Assembly (NCBI GenBank): GCA_003056145.1
Contig: LSNL01000003.1
Span: 201,993 to 265,992, forward strand
DNA length: 64,000 bases
Direction of reading: 5' to 3'
Source of the DNA: Parcubacteria group bacterium M10-OD1-1
Lineage (GTDB): Bacteria; Patescibacteriota; Minisyncoccia; Moranbacterales; UBA2206
In this document: piece after piece, positions 36,744 to 46,193 of the stretch
Position numbering within the stretch: position 1 is the first letter of the stretch
How the letters are laid out: each line of letters begins with the position of its first letter
Notes under the pieces: model-generated
The model's input: only the letters and a program-made list of their open reading frames with translations
Told to the model about the DNA's origin: nothing
Databases searched by the model: none
Made by a program: the position numbers and the translations under genes

Positions 36744-36762
36744 TTTTTTAAAAATAAAAAAT

Positions 36763-36945
36763 ATGAGTAGAAAATCTTTAGGGCAAAGAAGTGTTAGAAA
36801 ACTGGGTAAAGTCGGTGGCGGAACATCATATTCTGTTACTTTGCCAATTGAAATTATAAGAGAATTTAGGTGGAAAGAAGGTCAAAAACTTGTAATTAAG
36901 AAGTATGGAAAGAATAAAATTGTAATTGAGGATTGGAAAAAGTAA
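36763..36945 (+). CDS. AbrB/MazE/SpoVT-family DNA-binding protein
   Basis: VRKLGKVGGGTSYSVTLPIEIIREFRWKEGQKLVI matches the swapped-hairpin signature. Confidence 0.88.
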   Translation: MSRKSLGQRSVRKLGKVGGGTSYSVTLPIEIIREFRWKEGQKLVIKKYGKNKIVIEDWKK

Positions 36946-37127
36946 AATACAAGCAACCAATGATTGCTATTAGAATATAAAAAAATGGTAAGCGAATATA
37001 TTAGAATAGATAAAAAACAATAGAGTATCAGGACAAAAAATTAATATTTACCGAAGCCGAGCCTGCTCAGTATTTGTAGATAGTATATAATTTCAGTAGT
37101 AATAATTCAAAAAAGTATTTTATTAAC

Positions 37128-38060
37128 ATGAGAAAAAATGATTTTAAAATTTCAATCGTGATTCCAGTTCTCAATGAAGAATTAAATATTGCGGAGCTAT
37201 TTTCTAAATTGAAGCCATTTTTAGAAACATATTTTAATTACGAAGTAATTTTTGTTGATGATGGGAGTACTGATAATACCCTTAAAATTATTAACGATTT
37301 AAGAAATAAAAATGATAAGGTGAAATATCTTTCTTTTTCCAGGAATTTTGGACATCAAAATGCTCTTCGTGCTGGCATGCGATATACAACAGGGGGGTGT
37401 GTCATTTCAATGGATGCTGATATACAACATCCACCAGAATTAATCCCAAAAATGATTAAAAAATGGCAAGAAGGATATGAAATTGTTTATACTGTACGTA
37501 AGGATAGCAATAAAAATTCTTTTTTCAAGAAAAAAACATCGGATATTTTCTATGGTATACTGTCGAGGCTTTCCGATGTAAGAGTGCCTAAAGGTGCGGC
37601 GGATTTTCGTTTATTAGATCGTTCAGTAGTTGATATAATTTCTCAGTTAAAAGAAAATACATTATTCTTGCGTGGAATGATTGCATGGTTAGGGTTTAAA
37701 CAATATGCTATTGAATATAATCCCGGAGAGCGATTTGCTGGTGAGACTAAATATTCTATAAGAAAAATGGTATCCTTAGCATTAAATGGTATTACATCTT
37801 TCAGTATAAGACCACTAAGGTTGGCTACTTATTTAGGATTTACAATTGCCTCGCTATCTTTTTTATATGCGGCTTATGCAGTTTACCTTAAAATTTTTAC
37901 TGATAAAGTGATTTCTGGTTGGACATCAGTGCTAGTTAGTGTTTTATTCTTATCAGGCATTCAGCTGATAACGTTTGGAATCATGGGTGAATATATAGGA
38001 AAGTTATTTATAGAATCAAAAGGTCGTCCTAGCTATATAATAAAAGAAAAGAAGTTATGA
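37128..38060 (+). CDS. GT2 polyprenol-phosphate glycosyltransferase (GtrB/YkcC-like)
   Basis: VDDGSTD, SRNFGHQNAL, MDADIQHPP, ADFRLLDR, two C-terminal TM helices. Confidence 0.9.
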   Translation: MRKNDFKISIVIPVLNEELNIAELFSKLKPFLETYFNYEVIFVDDGSTDNTLKIINDLRNKNDKVKYLSFSRNFGHQNALRAGMRYTTGGCVISMDADIQHPPELIPKMIKKWQEGYEIVYTVRKDSNKNSFFKKKTSDIFYGILSRLSDVRVPKGAADFRLLDRSVVDIISQLKENTLFLRGMIAWLGFKQYAIEYNPGERFAGETKYSIRKMVSLALNGITSFSIRPLRLATYLGFTIASLSFLYAAYAVYLKIFTDKVISGWTSVLVSVLFLSGIQLITFGIMGEYIGKLFIESKGRPSYIIKEKKL

Positions 38061-39373
38061 ATTTTTTTCAATCTAGCAAGAAAAATAAAATAATTTCTCT
38101 AATTATTTTTGTTGCTATCTTTTTTGCAATATTTTTTATCAATAATAAAACTCCAATTTATTCTGATGATTGGGCTTTTTATGTTTCTTATCAAAATCAA
38201 AGAATACAATCAGTCAACGATGTTTTTTCTTCGATAAAATATTTTTATTTGCATGTCAATGGTAGAAGCGTGGCTAATTTAATCGTTGTCTTATTCGCTT
38301 TTTTAGGGAAAAATATATTCAATTTTTTCAATACTTTAATGTTTATCCTCCTGGGTTGGGAAATTTATTTTTTTGCTAGTGACGGAAAAAAAATAAAACC
38401 TCTGGGACTACTGGCTGTATTTATTCTACTTTGGTTTTTAAGTCCTTCTCCAAATCAAACTCTTTTTTGGATGTGTGGAGCAGTAGTCTATTTATGGATG
38501 GCAGTACTTACTCTTCTATTTTTAATTCCGTTTCGCGGATTTTTTTTGAAAAATAAAAAATTTATAAAAGACAACCAGCTGGGTGTTTTTTTGATGTTTG
38601 TTCTTGGAATTTTAGTTGGAAATTCTCATGAAATTATAGTGCCAGCAGTGTTTCTAGTTATATTATTTGCTGGATATATTCTTTTTAAAAAAAGAAAGAA
38701 AATTTCAAAGTGGGCAATTAGTGGATTTATCGGGTTTATGATTGGTGCCATTATTCAATTCTTTGCACCAGGTAACTATGTAAAACTTAATCATACACTT
38801 GGTAGTAAAGGATTTTTCCAATTATCTTCAGGATTCCATCGGGTTCTAGAAAAAATATCGGCATATCAAATTGTTTTGTGGGAAATAGTTGGGGTGATAG
38901 TATTTCTATATGTAATTAATAAAATCTATTTCAAATTTAGAAAGAAAATTATGGATTCATTTATGCTATTATTAATAATAGTTGCTTTTTTTCTGGATGT
39001 TTTAGGAATATTTTTCCCCTACTTTCCGCCCAGGGCGTTTTTTTTCAGTAATGTAGCTTTAATAATTTTTATAAGTAGGTTTTTATTGAATAATGAATTT
39101 AAATTAGTAAAAACACTAGGTATAATTATTTTAATTCCAGCTTTTATTCTGTCTATGGAAACATCAATGAATAAAGCTAATATTTTATATAAACAGTATC
39201 AAAAGAGAGATGAGTCTATATTAAAACAAAAATTTCAAGGTAAACAAAATATAACGGTTAAAAAAATTAAAAGGGTTAAAAATAAAATATTACTCAATGA
39301 ACCTCTATTACCTCATTCTAAAAATGTTTGGGCTAGTCGATTCTACGGAGTAGATAGTATTAAATTAAATTAA
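38057..39373 (+). CDS. GT-C type membrane glycosyltransferase (GtrII/DUF6056-like)
   Basis: PIYSDDW, NGRSV, FWMCGAVVYLW, GNSHE, APGNY. Multiple TM helices. Coupled to the GtrB-like gene. Confidence 0.7.
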   Translation: MNFFQSSKKNKIISLIIFVAIFFAIFFINNKTPIYSDDWAFYVSYQNQRIQSVNDVFSSIKYFYLHVNGRSVANLIVVLFAFLGKNIFNFFNTLMFILLGWEIYFFASDGKKIKPLGLLAVFILLWFLSPSPNQTLFWMCGAVVYLWMAVLTLLFLIPFRGFFLKNKKFIKDNQLGVFLMFVLGILVGNSHEIIVPAVFLVILFAGYILFKKRKKISKWAISGFIGFMIGAIIQFFAPGNYVKLNHTLGSKGFFQLSSGFHRVLEKISAYQIVLWEIVGVIVFLYVINKIYFKFRKKIMDSFMLLLIIVAFFLDVLGIFFPYFPPRAFFFSNVALIIFISRFLLNNEFKLVKTLGIIILIPAFILSMETSMNKANILYKQYQKRDESILKQKFQGKQNITVKKIKRVKNKILLNEPLLPHSKNVWASRFYGVDSIKLN

Positions 39374-39384
39374 ATTTTAAAAAT

Positions 39385-39714
39385 ATGCTTAATTACATAC
39401 TAATTTTATTAGGAATAATAACAAGTGCTTTGGCACAAGTGATGTTAAAAAAATCAAGCGAGTTTTCATTTTTTAAAGAATATAATTTCTTTATTTTCTT
39501 TATTTTGGGCGGATTGTTTTATATTATTTCTTTCGGTTTATATGCCTACATTTTAAAAATATTTGATATTAGTAAAATTAGTCCAGTAATGACTATTGGG
39601 GTAATGGTAATAGTTGTAGCATCTGGGATATTATTTTTTAAAGAAACTCTCTCATTAATTCAATCAGTTGGTATCATATTAGGTGTAATATCTATAATAT
39701 TAATTTTAAAATGA
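39385..39714 (+). CDS. SMR/EamA small transporter (ArnE/F-like flippase)
   Basis: 4 TM helices, AQVMLKK, ISPVM, LFFKETLS. Confidence 0.75.
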   Translation: MLNYILILLGIITSALAQVMLKKSSEFSFFKEYNFFIFFILGGLFYIISFGLYAYILKIFDISKISPVMTIGVMVIVVASGILFFKETLSLIQSVGIILGVISIILILK

Positions 39715-39722
39715 CATAACAA

Positions 39723-41282
39723 ATGCAAAAAAAACATAAATATATCGCGCTTATAGTATTTATTTCTATTTGGTTCGGAATAGCAGTTTTTAGTGGTTCA
39801 GTCTTTTCTGGATATCACTTAACAGATGATCATGAAATAGTTAGAATTAAAAAGGATTTAAGCTCTCAAACAACAATGCAAGTTGCGGGAAAGTGGATGA
39901 GACGGGACCAATTTTCTACGCATAGATTTAGACCATTTTATTTTTTACATAGAGTGATTGAAACAAGAATATTCGGTTCTAATTTTGTAATCTGGTCAGT
40001 CTATACAATTATTCTAGCTATTGCAACTTCTTTTTTACTATTTTATTTTTTATCGCTTGTTGGTTTTTCTTTTTGGGAGTCTTTTCTATTTTCAGAAATT
40101 TCTTTAATTGGTCCACAAGCTCAAATTTGGTGGCGTCTAGGACCTAATGAAACTATTGGAATGTTCATGCTGGCTGTTTCACTGCTCTTTCTTGGTTTAT
40201 ATTATAATTCGCAAAAAAATGAACGGATATTGAAAATACTATTTATAATATTTTCAATCCTAATGGCTTTATCGAAGGAGAGTTTTATTCTTATTCTTCC
40301 AGCATTTATTCTGATTTTAACTTATCTTTCAAAGATGAAAAATCAAATTTCTTGGAAAAAAGTGTTTCAAGAAAATTATATAAGCATTAGTATTTTGATG
40401 GGTGTATTTATTGGATTTCTTCTGTATATTAAAAATTTAATAGGAATGGCTGGCATAGGATACGCCGGAATTAATGGGTTTCAACCAGAAAAATATATTA
40501 AAACTTTTTTAAATTTATCAACTAAAAGTTGGATAGATTATCTTATTTTTATTCAATTAATTTTAATAATATTGTTTATTTTCTTAAAAGGATTAAGTAA
40601 ACAAAATATTTGGAAAATAGTAAGGAAGTATTTATTGGTAACTACTATTTTTTTAGCTATTGTTATTCCTCAGGTTATTCTTTACACTAAATCCGGATTT
40701 AATAAGAGATATTTACTGCCATCAATGTTGGGTTATTCATTCATTTTCGTTTATTTGCTCAAACAGATGAGAAAAAAGACACTTATTATTTGGAGTGGAA
40801 TAGTTTTTGTAAGTTTATTCTTTCTTCTCGGTAATTTAAGAAGCGATTTCAAAAATGCTCAAGAGTTTACTCAGAGAGGAAAAGCTATCAATGGCGTCTT
40901 TAATATTATTAAGATAAAAACATCCCCAACGGACAATATACTTATTGTTGGTGATCCAATAATGTATTATGAATGGTCAGATTCAATAAACTATTACTTA
41001 AAAAATGAGTTAAGTAGGAAAAATCTTTTTATATACCCGCTATTTAGAAAAAAACTATCTTCCTATTCTGTTTTTGGTAGAAATTTAATAAAAGGGTTTG
41101 GAAAAATTTATGGAAAAAATAGATATGAGAATATTAAGAATGAGAGTATAATTGATACAATTGTGTTATTTCCCAGAATGGAAAAAACTTTCTTGAAGAA
41201 TTTTTCAGATATTGGTTTGCTGAAGAGTGATTTTACTGAGAAAAGCTCTGGTAGATACGTAATTTATTATAAGAATAAGTAA
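39723..41282 (+). CDS. GT-C type membrane glycosyltransferase
   Basis: YHLTDDHE, RFRPFY, LSKES, RYLLP. Multiple TM helices. Confidence 0.65.
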   Translation: MQKKHKYIALIVFISIWFGIAVFSGSVFSGYHLTDDHEIVRIKKDLSSQTTMQVAGKWMRRDQFSTHRFRPFYFLHRVIETRIFGSNFVIWSVYTIILAIATSFLLFYFLSLVGFSFWESFLFSEISLIGPQAQIWWRLGPNETIGMFMLAVSLLFLGLYYNSQKNERILKILFIIFSILMALSKESFILILPAFILILTYLSKMKNQISWKKVFQENYISISILMGVFIGFLLYIKNLIGMAGIGYAGINGFQPEKYIKTFLNLSTKSWIDYLIFIQLILIILFIFLKGLSKQNIWKIVRKYLLVTTIFLAIVIPQVILYTKSGFNKRYLLPSMLGYSFIFVYLLKQMRKKTLIIWSGIVFVSLFFLLGNLRSDFKNAQEFTQRGKAINGVFNIIKIKTSPTDNILIVGDPIMYYEWSDSINYYLKNELSRKNLFIYPLFRKKLSSYSVFGRNLIKGFGKIYGKNRYENIKNESIIDTIVLFPRMEKTFLKNFSDIGLLKSDFTEKSSGRYVIYYKNK

Positions 41283-41444
41283 GTTTTAACCAAAGAATAA
41301 ATTTCCAAAATTGTTCTCAAATCGGTGTGATAGATTTTGATGGATGAGTGTTAAAATGAAATTACAGAGCTAATTCTGTAGTTAGTGATAAACTAAAAAT
41401 TATAGTACTAGTCAAGAAAAAAGTTTTAGCGAAAAAGAAAAAAC

Positions 41445-41499
41445 AGTGAAAAAATATGGAAAAGAGAAAAGGATAATAATTAAGGATTGGAAAGAATAA
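41445..41499 (+). pseudogene. abrB-like remnant 1 (3' end only)
   Basis: VKKYGKEKRIIIKDWKE* vs intact IKKYGKNKIVIEDWKK*. 50/51 nt identical to 42905-42955. Confidence 0.8.
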
Positions 41500-41503
41500 A
41501 ATA

Positions 41504-41677
41504 ATGGTTGCTCTATTTAAAGAAAAATCAATGTTTTTAGCACAAGTATTGGCAGAAAGAATTTTGGGCTCTGGAGAATTTAATGAATACACTATAGCCA
41601 TTGCTATTTCCTGAATGGTGGTAATTTTTTCGGTTTTTGGTATGGATACAGGGATGGTAAAAAGTCAAAGTTTATGA
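41504..41677 (+). pseudogene. Truncated Wzx-type flippase N-terminus
   Basis: FLAQVLAERILGSGEFNEYTIAIAIS*MVVIFSVFGMDTGMVK resembles the flippase RxLGPxxYG...G start. Internal TGA at 41612. Confidence 0.55.
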
Positions 41678-41837
41678 TGATGTCAAAAAAATATTGAGAC
41701 AAGACTGCTAGAAGTCCTTTTATTTGAATCGAAATGCTATAGGTGTTAGAATAAATAATGTAAAAAAGACAAGTGAAGTTTCGAATTAGTAGGTATAATT
41801 TTAAATAAAAAAGTAAATTCTTAATAATATATAAACT

Positions 41838-42815
41838 ATGAAGAAAAAAGCGCTCATTACAGGAATTTTAGGTCAAGATGGTCCGTATCTTGCCAAATTA
41901 CTATTAGGGAAGGACTATGAAGTTTATGGACTTATAAGGCGCTATGCCAATCCAAATTTTAGTAACACTGATTATCTTGGGATTACGGATAAAATAAATT
42001 TTATATCAGGAGATATGACAGATGAGGCATCAATAATTAACATTATAAAAGCTATCCATCCAGATGAGGTATATAATTTAGCTGCGCAATCTTTCGTGGG
42101 CGTATCATGGGATCAATCGAAAGTCACGACTGAAATAAATGCACTTGGAGTTCTTTATTTACTTAACGCAATTAAATATTTTTCTCCGACAACAAAATTT
42201 TATCAGGCATCAACTAGCGAGATGTTTGGAAATAGTCATATCGAGGGGTTGCAAACAGAAGAAACTCCCTTTTATCCAAGAAGTCCATATGCCATTGCCA
42301 AGCTCTATGCCTATTGGATAGTGATTAATTTCAAGGAAAGCTATGGAATGTATTGTGCTAATGGGATTCTTTTTAATCATGAATCTCCCATTAGAGGAAT
42401 GGAATTTGTTACAAGGAAAATAACAGATGGCGTAGCTAGGATAAAATTAGGACTGTCTAAAGAAATATATCTTGGAAATCTTGATAGCAAGCGAGATTGG
42501 GGGTTTGCCGGAGATTACGTAGAAGCGATGTGGCTTATGCTACAGCAAGAAAAACCAGACAACTATATTATTTCTACGGGAGAGACTCATTCAGTCAGAG
42601 ATTTTTTAGACATCGCTTTTAAATATGCTGGTATTGATAATTGGGAGAAATATGTAAAACTAGACCCTCGGTTTAGAAGACCAGCCGAATTGTTTTCGCT
42701 ACACGGAAAGAATGATAAGGCAAGGGAAGTTTTAGCGTGGGAGCCAAAAGTTAAATTTAATGAGTTGGTTAAAATGATGATGGAAGCAGATTTAAAAAGG
42801 TTGTCAGTAAAGTAG
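41838..42815 (+). CDS. gmd: GDP-mannose 4,6-dehydratase
   Basis: ALITGILGQDG, YNLAAQSFV, FYQASTSEMFG, PRSPYAIAK, LFNHESP, RDWGFAGDYV. Confidence 0.96.
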   Translation: MKKKALITGILGQDGPYLAKLLLGKDYEVYGLIRRYANPNFSNTDYLGITDKINFISGDMTDEASIINIIKAIHPDEVYNLAAQSFVGVSWDQSKVTTEINALGVLYLLNAIKYFSPTTKFYQASTSEMFGNSHIEGLQTEETPFYPRSPYAIAKLYAYWIVINFKESYGMYCANGILFNHESPIRGMEFVTRKITDGVARIKLGLSKEIYLGNLDSKRDWGFAGDYVEAMWLMLQQEKPDNYIISTGETHSVRDFLDIAFKYAGIDNWEKYVKLDPRFRRPAELFSLHGKNDKAREVLAWEPKVKFNELVKMMMEADLKRLSVK

Positions 42816-42830
42816 CAAATTATAATTTGT

Positions 42831-42959
42831 GGAACATCATATTTTATTACTTTGTCAGCTGACATTATTCGTGAGTTTGATTGGCGTGAAGGGCAGAAAT
42901 TAGTAGTGAAAAAATATGGAAAAGAGAAAGGGATAATAATTAAGGATTGGAAAGAGTAG
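42831..42959 (+). pseudogene. abrB-like remnant 2 (5' end lost)
   Basis: GTSYFITLSADIIREFDWREGQKLVVKKYGKEKGIIIKDWKE* aligns with the intact AbrB. No ATG start. Confidence 0.88.
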
Positions 42960-42976
42960 GCCATCTGATTTTTTTT

Positions 42977-44332
42977 ATGGAAAAGTATATAAAAATTTTT
43001 ATTCCAGAGATTATCTGGAATAAGATTGATAAAAATCCAGAGCTTAAAAAAATATTAGCCAATCTTAATTGGCTATTTCTTGATAAAGCAATTCAGCTAG
43101 TGATAGCTTTTTTTGTAGGAATCTGGGTTATTCGGTATTTGGGTCCAGAGCGATACGGAATGCTGAGCTATGCAGTAGCATTTGTTTCATTGTTTGGTTT
43201 TATTGCATCGATGGGAATAAATGGAATTGCTGTTCGTGAATTCGTAAAAAATAAAAATAGAGAAGATGAACTCTTTGGGACACTATTCTTTCTTAAGCTA
43301 ACGGCTGGATTTTTAGCATTTATTAGCTCATGGGTTGTTATTTTTTTTGTAAAACCTGGTAATAGTTTAATTTTTTGGTTAGCTTTTATTATTGCCTTAG
43401 GTTTCATTTTTAAGGTATCGGATATCTTTGATTTTTGGTTTCAATCTAAAGTGATCTCAAAATATACGGTATATGTAAAAAGTTCAATCAGTATTATCAT
43501 TGGAGCAATAAAAGTAGTTTTAATTTTAGAAAGAGCTTCTTTAATTGCTTTTGCCTGGGTTATTTTATTAGAATCTGTAGTAACTCTCATTGGATTTATT
43601 TATATATATATTAAAAAGAAAGGAAATCTTACTATTCTAAAAATAAGCGTTCCTATTGGAAAAAAAATCTTATCAGATAGTTGGCCATTAATGTTATCAA
43701 GTATAGCAGTTACTGTGTATATGAAAATTGATCAAGTTATGATTGGTAATATGCTTGGTAATAAATCGCTTGGAATTTATTCTGCTGCTGTTTCATTGAG
43801 TGAAGTATGGTTTTTTATACCAATAATAATAACAACTTCTGTATTTCCAGCAATAATTTATGCGAAAAAAAAGAGTATAGATATATATAAAAATAGGTGG
43901 CAATCTCTTTATGATATCATGGTTTGGTTATCGATTATAATTATTTTACCAATAAGTTTATTTTCAAAAGATATAGTCAATATATTGTTTGGAATAAAGT
44001 ATGTTCAATCATCTAGCGTCTTATCTATTTATATATGGTCATCTATTTTGGTATTTTCTGGTGTGGTAGGAGAAAAATTTTTAGTTGCTGAAAATATAGC
44101 GAAAATATCTCTTCTGAAAAATATTATGGGCGGGATAATTAATATAATACTTAATTTGTGGTTAATTCCTAAATATGGGATAATTGGAGCAGCATGGGCT
44201 ACTGTAATTTCTTATATGGTTTCTTTTGCTGGTCTTGTCATTTGGAAAAGAACAAGAATAAATATTAAATTATTTTTAAATGCATTTAATTTAATTAGAA
44301 TATATAAGGATAATAAAAAATTAATAATTTGA
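42977..44332 (+). CDS. wzx: Wzx-type oligosaccharide flippase
   Basis: IRYLGPERYG, YMKIDQVMIG, GIYSAA, LIPKYGIIGAAWAT. ATG 42977. Confidence 0.9.
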   Translation: MEKYIKIFIPEIIWNKIDKNPELKKILANLNWLFLDKAIQLVIAFFVGIWVIRYLGPERYGMLSYAVAFVSLFGFIASMGINGIAVREFVKNKNREDELFGTLFFLKLTAGFLAFISSWVVIFFVKPGNSLIFWLAFIIALGFIFKVSDIFDFWFQSKVISKYTVYVKSSISIIIGAIKVVLILERASLIAFAWVILLESVVTLIGFIYIYIKKKGNLTILKISVPIGKKILSDSWPLMLSSIAVTVYMKIDQVMIGNMLGNKSLGIYSAAVSLSEVWFFIPIIITTSVFPAIIYAKKKSIDIYKNRWQSLYDIMVWLSIIIILPISLFSKDIVNILFGIKYVQSSSVLSIYIWSSILVFSGVVGEKFLVAENIAKISLLKNIMGGIINIILNLWLIPKYGIIGAAWATVISYMVSFAGLVIWKRTRINIKLFLNAFNLIRIYKDNKKLII

Positions 44333-45045
44333 ATAAAATAAATAAAAACGAATTAGTGAATAATTATTTAAATACAGCTCCTATTGGTCAAATGGGTGGT
44401 ATTTCTAATGTAAAGATAGAATGGATAAAATATAACTTCTCAAAATTTTTCAAAGGTAAAAATGCTACTTATTTAGACATAGGACCAGGGCAAGGAGAAG
44501 TATTGATTTTGTGGAAAAAAATGGGATTTAAAAATATTAATAGTGTCGATATTTCCAGTGGAGTATATGAACACATTAAAAAACTTGGTTTTAATTGCAT
44601 TCTAGTCGATAATACCGAGGCATATCTTAAAAATAATAAAGAAAAATTTGATTTTATAATGCTTAATGATGTTATAGAACATATTCCTAAAAATGAACTA
44701 GTTTCTTTTATGCAAAATGTTTATTTAAGTTTAAAAATTAATGGTAGAGTTATCATAAAAGTTCCCAATGCTCAATCACCTCATTTTTCTATTGGTAGAT
44801 ATGATGACTTGACTCATGTACAGTCGTTTACTGAGAAATCTCTTTATCAATTATTAAAAGTAGCTAAATTTAAAAAAGTAAATATTTATCCAGAGAAGTT
44901 TATTGTTAGAAATTTTAAAGATAGCTTAGTTAAATACTTTACTATGCCAATTTATTTTTGGTGGATTCGTAAAATTAGAGGTGCTAGTGGACATTTTAGT
45001 CCAAAAATATTGACACAAGCTATAATAGCAATTGTTCATAAATAA
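44329..45045 (+). CDS. Class I SAM-dependent methyltransferase
   Basis: YLDIGPGQG, FDFIMLNDVIEHI, IIKVPN, DDLTH. Confidence 0.88.
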   Translation: MNKINKNELVNNYLNTAPIGQMGGISNVKIEWIKYNFSKFFKGKNATYLDIGPGQGEVLILWKKMGFKNINSVDISSGVYEHIKKLGFNCILVDNTEAYLKNNKEKFDFIMLNDVIEHIPKNELVSFMQNVYLSLKINGRVIIKVPNAQSPHFSIGRYDDLTHVQSFTEKSLYQLLKVAKFKKVNIYPEKFIVRNFKDSLVKYFTMPIYFWWIRKIRGASGHFSPKILTQAIIAIVHK

Positions 45046-45050
45046 TTTAT

Positions 45051-46193
45051 ATGGCAATGATAAAAATAATAATAACGAGTATTTTAGATATTATTAATCC
45101 AAAAAGAATTTATATAGGTAACTTATATAAAAGTAATTTTTCTAAAAATGTCTTAATATCATATATAACATATCCATTTTTTAAGGGTTTATCTGGACAT
45201 AGCAATACGCAAGAGGTATTAGAAATTGCTAGAATCTTTAATGAATTAGAATATAATGTAGATATTATAAATTATAGTACTAATATTAAAAAAATTAAAT
45301 TTTTAAAAAAAGAATATAGTATTGTATTTGGGTTAGAGCCAAACTTTATAAAGTTAATAAAAAAGTTTAATCCTCAAAAATCAATATATTATGCAACTGG
45401 ATCACATTTTTATTTTCAAAATAAAGCTGAACAAAAACGAATAGAAAGTTTAAACTATCGAAAAAAATCGGAGCTTTCTTCGGTTAGATATGTAAAACCT
45501 CACGATTCATCTTTAATGGCTGATGCAGTAATTTGTATCGGAAATAGACAAACTAAAGAGACATATAGAAATAGATGCAATCAAATTGAATGTATTAGAG
45601 TTTCTGCATATTCATATTTTCCTTTTCAGTCTATTATAAATAATAAAAATTGGAATTTAGCAAAGAAAAATTTTTTATGGTTTGGAAGTAGCGGTGCAGT
45701 GCACAAAGGCTTAGATATTCTTTTGGATATTTTTAAAGAAACTCCAAATATTAATTTATTTATTGCAGGAAATATTAAAAAAGAAAAATCTTTTATGAGC
45801 CTCTATTCAAAAGAACTTTTCAATTTACCTAATATTTTTTTTAAAGGATTTATTAATCCTCACTCAGAGAGCTTTAAAAAGTTGATGAACACATGCGGAT
45901 TTGTAGTAATGCCATCTTGTAGTGAAGGTATGAGTAGTTCAGTAGCTACATGTATGCATGCTGGTTTAATCCCAATAATTAGCAAGGAAACAGGAATAGG
46001 AGAAAATGATATAGGTATAATTTTGAAGAAAAATAGTCATGAAATAATTAAAAATGAAATGTTAAAAAGTACAAAAAAAGAAGCTAAATGGATAGAAAAT
46101 GAGTCTAAAAAGTCTTATGATTATGCAAAAAATAATTTTACAATTAAAATATTTTCTAATGATTTTAAAAAAGCATTAATAAAAATATTATGA
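45051..46193 (+). CDS. GT4 glycosyltransferase
   Basis: HKGLDILL, PSCSEGMSSS. Confidence 0.85.
   Translation: MAMIKIIITSILDIINPKRIYIGNLYKSNFSKNVLISYITYPFFKGLSGHSNTQEVLEIARIFNELEYNVDIINYSTNIKKIKFLKKEYSIVFGLEPNFIKLIKKFNPQKSIYYATGSHFYFQNKAEQKRIESLNYRKKSELSSVRYVKPHDSSLMADAVICIGNRQTKETYRNRCNQIECIRVSAYSYFPFQSIINNKNWNLAKKNFLWFGSSGAVHKGLDILLDIFKETPNINLFIAGNIKKEKSFMSLYSKELFNLPNIFFKGFINPHSESFKKLMNTCGFVVMPSCSEGMSSSVATCMHAGLIPIISKETGIGENDIGIILKKNSHEIIKNEMLKSTKKEAKWIENESKKSYDYAKNNFTIKIFSNDFKKALIKIL

Noticed and set aside
36763-37127. MazEF/VapBC toxin-antitoxin operon
   Set aside because: No toxin ORF follows the AbrB gene.
42813-42959. Stop-codon readthrough fusing Gmd to the AbrB remnant
   Set aside because: The remnant is in frame after the gmd TAG, but this has a 1-in-3 chance. 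Gmd is already full length and the remnant lacks the first AbrB strand.
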